A DNA stretch of 54,162 nt, the filler included, from Sphacelaria rigidula (lineage: Eukaryota): assembly GCA_964200075.2 (NCBI GenBank). It is 5 parts of 5 records of this genome, joined end to end, with 100 filler letters (N's around TTAATTAATTAA, not from the genome) between each part and the next. Parts side by side here need not be neighbours in the genome. Positions count along the whole stretch, not along the records: positions 43,412 to 54,162 come from CAXNAA020005974.1; 4 more parts are not named here. One strand, 5' to 3'. Both the position numbers and the translations under genes were made by a program. The notes under the pieces were generated by a model. The model was not told where the DNA came from. It worked only from the letters and a program-made list of their open reading frames with translations, and did no database searches. Shown here one piece after another: positions 47,039 through 54,162 of this stretch (the first letter of the stretch is position 1; every line of letters starts with the position of its first letter).

Positions 47039-50000
47039 CACGCATACTACGAAATCACACAAATTTCCCATTTCATTCACACGTTGTCTGGCTTACATGC
47101 TAGCAAAGTGCTTATTGTCCTCAATTATTACTCTCGTTGTTCAGCACCAGCCAACCACTCTGTCAATTTCTCTTTGGCATATCTTTCGGCAAAAAGGATG
47201 CGTGGAGCCCGTAGACCCTCAAGACCAGAAGCCCCATCCAGAAGAACCCAGAGGTGGTCAAACATGCCCGATTAGACGATCAAGTCTTCTTATAGTTGGT
47301 CGCCAGCGCGTGCAGAGTAGACAGACAACGGGAATCGGGGTTGACGTTCCTTGTGCAAGTCTTATGGTTTGCAACACTCTCAGCAGTTGCCCACTCATGG
47401 CAGTGTTGAGGTGATCCACGCAGCCATGGGTGGAACACTTAGGAGATCCATGACTGATGGATTGATTATCCACCTCCCCAGGAATCGTCGGATCAACATT
47501 GCGAAAGAGAAAACAATGTTATGGTCAGTGTTTGAGTAAACTTGGATGCGATCCTTTCATGTATTTAAAGCTGTGAACTCACTACAATACACTGTTGGGT
47601 CTGGTCTATTCAATATTGTAGAAATACACCCCACAGCCTTGAGCTATCCTGGCAGTGAGAACCACGTTGAGGTTACTTCCATTTTCATGGCAATAAGCCT
47701 TCCGACTATCAGTGCTTACCCCCCCTGACCAGGAGGTAGGGTAAACGCCTCACATATGGTATCCTGCTTAATAAATGGTTCACTGGAGATTCACTGTAGA
47801 CAGGTCACAATGCGTTTTGGTTCTGGATGCATACATTCTACACCACTGCGTGAAATTGATGCTCATTCAACAGATGACCTGCTCTTGTTGTCTAAAGGCT
47901 AACCGCATCCTCCTCAATACCCTACTCAACACGAGGCAACATTCTAAAACTGCTGGTTCAAGAGACAGATAACAACACGCGGCGGCTTTGTGGCTGCATG
48001 TAATGATTTGAAATAACAGCACATTCTAAGCGTAGCTGGCTTCAGTGAACGAACTGGAACATCCGGTCCTGGCTACCGGCCTTAATACAGTGCTTGTGTC
48101 GTGAAGCTAATCACATGCAGTGATACCAAACCCCAGTTCAATACTGCTCGATCACTCAATCATCATGGGTTTACTCGATGTGGTGTACGCCCATGATCAG
48201 TTTCTCCAAACTCTGTTAATTGCCCCGCATCGTGCGTGCAAATCGATCAATACAGTAATGCAGTACCACCTACTGTAGCTAGAATCCAAAAGGATCCTTT
48301 TTGTTCTTCCTTGAAAAGCACACTTCGTGTGTATTACTAGATTGAATACAGAGTCAAGGAGTTCAGCGATATTCTCGTACTGGGCTGTGAACAGTCAATA
48401 CAGTCGTTTATATACCGCCCTCCTTGTAAGCGCAGTCACAACTCAATCAACCGGTCTCCTGTAGAAGGTATAATTTGATGTCACGACCCTGTTTTAGAAT
48501 AATTGACTGCCCATATGTCGTGATCCCCGCGTTTAGCAATCACAGGGTTGCTTGTCTCACCGGTAGACTATCGTAACGGTAACACGATGGCTGAGGACAA
48601 CATGACATTGCCCTTTGCAACTGCATCACTCGGCAATAACTGAGCGCACAGCAGCTGTTGCGTGGTAGGTTCCACGCCCGGTGTAGCGGAATGAATATTC
48701 TCAAAATCTTTCCTTGATCCTGTCGAATCAACCATCGTTAATAGATCCAGCTCTTTCCAGAAAAAGTTCCACAGCTTTTTCTAGAAAAAGTATCGGTCTG
48801 AATTACTCAAAGCGAGAGAAGCGCGAGTCTCAAAAGGTGTAACCACAGCTGTGGCCTGGTGCGCAATGCACTTAGATCGGTGTTCATTACACTCTAATCC
48901 ACAGCCCACATCAGAAGTCGCTTGAGTTGTGAATACACCCACCATGGCTCCATGTTCCTCACTTTATCGCCGTCTGAGAATTGGTACATCCGAGATAGCA
49001 CCGGCACGCTGCGGTAGGCATCAAAGTCAGTCTGACGTTTCACACTAGTGACGGCTTATAAACTTGAATCTAACCCTCCCGATAGCATGCGCCAAGTGCC
49101 ATCTCACGGTATCCAATAACCGTGGACTGAATGCAAGCGGGTAGCACGAATGCCATGAACCTCAACCGTCACGATCTTTTCCTCCATGGGTTACAACTGT
49201 CATGGCAGCACCAGGTTGATTGATCACGTTGCCAAGTTGTTCAACCCATGAACTCGAGCGCTGGCCGTCAATCCAATGGTCAGATCATCCGTAATTATAC
49301 TAAAAATATATGTTTACGGATATTTTCTTTGTACATCGTACAACAATGCTCTCGGCACGACTGCTTGTGTGGGGTTTCCTGTGGTTGCAGACATGCATTA
49401 GCTGCCTCTCATCACAGCGATGACTACTGTTCACAGCTGTAGCATCGTAGTCCGAACGGGTGTCTTGTCTTCGCCTGGACACATCATTTTATGTTGTGCA
49501 AGGACCTCGTGCATCGAAAGATACAGGTCGTTGGTATCTAAAATCTTTATCTAAAAATCTTTCATCGGTGAACGAGCCTTCGTGAGGTGCAGGGCAATTT
49601 GGCCAGTTGACTTTTTCGTGAGGGTGCGCACCTCCAATATCTGCTGCATGATATACAAGCCTCCATGTTTTTTCACCTCACTGCAAACGGACGGTGTACT
49701 ACCACACCCGTGCGTTGTGCACGGCAAGCCTATAGCCGTTTCATAGCCTGGTGTGGAGACGATGTCAGTATGTAGCAGTATCGTGCCTGACCTAATTTTT
49801 ATGTACCTACGCAGGTGACTAATTACACGCGAGATTGCCCTTCACATACATGCTGTGTTACCGTAACATAGATAGACACATAAAGCCCAGCGGTAAACAA
49901 TGGTCGCCATTTTCACTCTGTAGATGCACATCGTCAGTGGCGCCGGATAAACCCAGTAGGCAGCGACTTAAAGTGTATACGCGATCGCCTGCTGATCAGT

Positions 50001-50849
50001 TGACATCCCTGAGTAACGCCTCGGTTTTACTTTTGGTCCACGACCTCGAAGAGAAAAACAGATGTCGTTTTTCGGACGGGTCTGGATTTTAACTCAAATG
50101 GCCCGCCATTATATTGTTAGCTGTATGGGTATGAGCCCTTTTACTTACGTATGTGACGGTGCTTTATGTTCTCCATTCATTTTAGATGTACGCACTCAAA
50201 ATTCAACCTCCCGCTTGGCCAGCTGAATCATCTTGACGCTCTTTCCAAAATTTTATCTGGTAGCCTTCGTCGTCTGCATGATGTATTCTTGTTTAATATT
50301 TCAAAGTATATAAAGAAACTCGAACCCCTGAGCCGTTGCTACACATCTCCTCCTGCAAGATGGTACCTTCTTGGAGAACCCACAGATGGATGATGTAGTG
50401 TGACACAATAGTCCCGGTTGGAAGCAGCATGATACAAACGGAATAGTGTTGGCCATAGTGGTCGTTCACATGCGTGTCTCTACTGTACAAGTCGAGTACT
50501 AGAGCAAGCAACAAAAATAGCATTTCGGTCATGCAAGTTACGATGTCTCGCTAGCTCATGTATGATATGACTTACTTTTACTATAGGGTTACACATTTCA
50601 CCATTTGTGCACAAACTTCGTTTTACTATCATGCCGATCTTCTTGCATCTATCTACTCGTTGCCTAAATCAACCTCGTTACAGTCTCACCGTTATGCCTG
50701 AAACAAGAGCAAGCTCACAGCACGTGGGAAAGTCCAATGCAGAACGATACACGGCGAACGTCACGATATCTTGATCGCCGCTTCAGGTCGATTCGATTTC
50801 TTTTTCCGCTTGATGGGATTTACCTCAGGACTCAAAAAAAGAGTGAACC

Positions 50850-51900
50850 TCAGGGTGCCAGCTGGATCGATTCTTGTAAAGAACCGAATCCAACCAGATG
50901 TAAAGAGGCATGTTTATGTATGCCGTCTTGTGACGGATTACATCGCCTTCACCCATGATCACGGTACCAGCCAGTTCCCGCGATCAGCCCTCCGGGCGTA
51001 GCGTCGTTTTATAACCGACGGCCCATCATCGTTCTATCTCCATCACGCCACGCTGCGATCCGTAACACAAGTATGTTTTCTGTTGGAACGTTGCACGAGA
51101 AGGGGGCAATAGTAGATCTCATCTCCTAGCCACCGGTAATTCTAAGCGGCAAGCTAGATCTCCCTATATCGACCGCAATTCTAAGGATGTTCGTTCTTCG
51201 ACCGGCACTATTTGTGCAGCCGCAGCAGTTTTGAAATACCGTTGCCGCAGCTGATCTTTGGGGTGACCGAATGGGACATTGTAACTCCCGCACACTGAAA
51301 CAACTCGTCGACAATAAGCCGATTGGAATCATGTTTGCACAGAATCTTAAGTCGGGTGAGTGTGATCTTTATTCACTGTCTGAGAGAAAGAAACTTCACG
51401 CCCACGTTCCGGTAGATCACGTAACGAGAAGCGGCTGTAAAGTAGTATGGAGGTCTCAGTTCGTGATGAGGAAGTTCGGGATATGCCAACATCTAGAGTT
51501 GGATCAGATCATTTCCCTCAAGACCACGAGCGAAAAGACACCCTGGACGGAGGGCATGGCGCCGATAACTCAGGCAGCGCTGGAAGCCACGGTAGCGCCA
51601 CCGATCAGGAAGCGTGCGCATCAATGCAGACTACCACGTAGTGGGCAACATTGGTCACTAAAACCCAGTGTATACGACGGAGCCTTTGATTGTGCGGAGT
51701 ACGTGCTGATTATACTAGTAAGCTTTGCTTCCGGGTTGTATCATTGAGGAGTGATATCATGTAAACCAGACGACTTCTTCACGTACCAGCGAAGCATGCG
51801 AAAGGAGACATCTCTGTACGATTACAAATCTTTGACTGGGTTGACGTGCCCAGTGACCGTTAGGTGATACCATCGATTTTTCGTTCCGAAAGAAAGTTGA
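50850..51900 (+). mobile_element. Ty1/copia pol relic (GAG-pre-integrase region and integrase fragments)
   Basis: ADLWGDRMGHCNSRTLKQLV...GECDLYSLSERKK matches the copia LWHxRxGH...CxxC..K pattern. It is preceded by SVGTLHEKGAIVDL (copia LSVxxL..kG segment) and followed by KFGI..TP fragments. Confidence 0.7.
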
Positions 51901-52281
51901 CAAGGATGGGAAACTAACCAGATTCAACATCAGAATTGTAGCTCGATTCCAATTTTCAAACTGGTTGTTGTCTCAGGCTATTCCAGATTCGGCTATAGAT
52001 TTCTGTGACAGAAAACACTCTCGTTTTTTCGGAATACTTTTCAAAAACGAGCGGAACTTTTTGAAAAAAATTTGAAAAACCAGCAGAAATTTTTGAAAAA
52101 CTGGTCGAACCATGACCCCATTATCTCGAGTACAGGGCAGCAGCACACTCAAGACAAGATACTTTTGCAGTGGTGTATGCACTAAAGAGTACTACACTCA
52201 ACAGAAAACAACACAGATGTTCCGCGGCATCACGAGAAATCACGCGCCGTTCTAACCGCGTTCCGCACGAGAAGGAGAAGA

Positions 52282-52468
52282 AGCAACAGCAGCAGTATCA
52301 GCAGCATCTTTACTGCCAGTAGATGTACGCGGCTGGGGGTGGATCTAAATCAGCCGGTGCCGATTCGTGTGTGTGTCAGTGCTGTCCAGCACGGTGGCTA
52401 TCACTCGTGAGGTGCGTGGGTGTTGTCGCAGACCCACCCCCAGCCACGTACATTTACTGGCAGCGAAC

Positions 52469-52503
<35 letters not shown>
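52282..52503. repeat. inverted repeat with CAG/CTG microsatellite ends (MITE-like hairpin)
   Basis: gcagcatctttactgccagtagatgtacgcggctgggggtggatct vs agacccaccccagccacgtacatttactggcagcgaacatgctgc, extended by CAG and CTG runs. Confidence 0.85.
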
Positions 52504-52504
<1 letters not shown>

Positions 52505-52983
52505 ACTTGCTGCTTCTCGTGCGGACGGTCCACGGCACTTGACAGCCCCCCGCATACAAACAAGATCTAGAGGACCTTTCTGCACTGGAGCCCTGACATG
52601 AAGTAGCCGCCAGCTTTGTCTTTCTTCTTTCAACTCTCCCTCTGTAGTTCGACACTTCAAAGGATACTCGACATGCGCATTCACTATAGTTACGTTGGTG
52701 TGTAGCGGCCACAACAGCTGCTGTTCGTGCTCTTGTCTATTATCTTTACAATGACGGTAAACGTGGGGTGGCAGCTCGGGGGCGTGTGCTTCCCGACTGG
52801 TACAGACAAAGGGAGGACACTCGCTAGTGCAACAAGATTGTCCATCTACTGATTTGGAGCGAGCTTTCCGGAGGAACAAAACCCAACACCGACAACTCCC
52901 AGACTTGAATAAATGCGCAAAAAGTATATCCACCTACGGGGATCCACATTTTTTTAATCAGCTGCACGTCACGTATGTTTTCA

Positions 52984-53095
52984 AACAAGGTGAAGCCTTC
53001 ACGCGTAGTACCGGAGTGCAGGTAGTACAAAGCAGTAACACACACACAGTGAACAAAGTGAAGCCTTCACGTGTTGTACCGAAGTGCAGGCAGTA
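52984..53095. repeat. ~44-bp direct repeat, 68-bp period
   Basis: aacaa.gtgaagccttcacg.gt.gtaccg.agtgcagg.agta occurs twice. Confidence 0.8.
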
Positions 53096-54052
53096 GTCCG
53101 TAGTCATATCCCCTGCATCTGCATCCACTGCCATGGACGTGCATCTGAATGTGACCTCGAACCCTACAGTGAAGACAGTATAGTACTGTACTGTATTGGC
53201 AAAGCAGAGCTACCTACTGTGCTCGCGAGTACAGCCTGTACTCGGAAATGTAGTAGTACAAGATAACAAGTACAGGCTACAGCTGTGTCGTGTTTGCAAA
53301 GCATAGCCTATACTTGCAATGCCGTACTGTTCGCAAAATCCACGGCCTGTATTGTGAATACTCTTGCCTGCTGCAACACCCTGGCACTTCATTGTACTAC
53401 TACTGTTTTACCGTAAAGTCTACATCGTACAGTATGTTTTGTGCCCATCATCTCGAGAAAACAAAACTTATGCACGGCACCACCGGATGATGAGATATTA
53501 AAGTGGGTATTTTCCGTCGTGCTCAACATTGACTCGTGCTGGCTGGACTTCGATACTCCGTCAGTCCTCTTTGTGTTTGTCTCTGCTGTATGCCGGTCAC
53601 CCCGGTGGCTCAGTTTGTAACCTCGAAACCTTCTGACCTTCTATGCGTGTAGCTGTGTTCATGTGAACTATATGCGTGCTGTTCACCTGCCCGCTCAGTG
53701 GGTTTGTAGAGGTGGCGCTCTCAAATCCAAAAACTTGGCTCTGGTTTTGCTCGTAACCCGAACCTACTTTGTTTTAAAACATCCGTAATGGGCAGCTGAT
53801 TAAACAAATGTGGGCTACCGAATTAGAAACAAACAACGCGGGATCGGTCATGATAAAAGGTCACAGTGGAAATAAGGATCCAGCTATATAGGTGGATTTG
53901 CTTTTTGTGTGAATAAATAACAGCCGATCCTAATTTTCGGGGTTGAAACAAAAAATGAGGTTGAAGTCCCATTTTTCTATTGCAGGGAAGATACGAAAGA
54001 GTAACACAGATCGAAAGTATCTTCCCCCCCCAAACTCCGCAGGAGGGCTTAA

Positions 54053-54153
54053 CCGTCAGACCGCGAGGGTAGGTCACCTGCTGAATCGGCATCAATATTC
54101 ACTTGGAAAACGTACACGTGGTCCAGACGACAACCAACACCGCGGTCCAAGGG
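54053..54153. mobile_element. piggyBac-like MITE, same family as 21324-21533
   Basis: TTAA|CCGTCAGACCGCGAGGGTAGG ... CCAACACCGCGGTCCAAGGG|TTAA with TTAA on both sides; the interior is the reverse-complement homologue of 21340-21398. Confidence 0.75.
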
Positions 54154-54162
54154 TTAAGCAAC

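Noticed and set aside
50293..50532. IS3-like integrase motif LALVLDLYSR
   Set aside because: Isolated 10-aa resemblance; the rest of the 79-aa ORF does not fit rve.
1..54162. Fanzor/TnpB, Helitron, tyrosine-recombinase or RT genes
   Set aside because: No RuvC, Rep/helicase, YR or YxDD-context motifs were recognisable in the ORF track.

Overview
Eukaryotic, intron- and repeat-rich DNA of roughly 50% GC. It is most likely a brown alga or related stramenopile; this is inferred from gene style, an N-terminal 'IIRGG' motif and the repeat landscape. The window is not one locus. Four identical 100-bp N44-TTAATTAATTAA-N44 linkers join five contigs of 10754, 10753, 10753, 10751 and 10751 bp, i.e. size-sorted unplaced contigs. 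Contig 1 holds a 4-exon gene (~1373 aa) for a chromatin-type protein with a PHD finger, two AT-hooks and two copies each of two unusual Cys/His motifs. Contig 2 is repeats and relics, including an 85-bp hairpin satellite and piggyBac-like MITEs. Contig 3 holds a minus-strand multi-exon gene for a probably secreted, extremely Asp/Glu/Ser-rich protein with a 12-aa tandem repeat. Contig 4 is a dense collection of palindromes, foldbacks and MITEs. Contig 5 carries the 5' half of a decayed gypsy-like LTR retrotransposon whose Gag has a CCCH finger, plus a Ty1/copia relic. I found no rRNA, intact tRNA, CRISPR array or intact transposase/RT, and no complete novel multi-gene system can be supported from the sequence.
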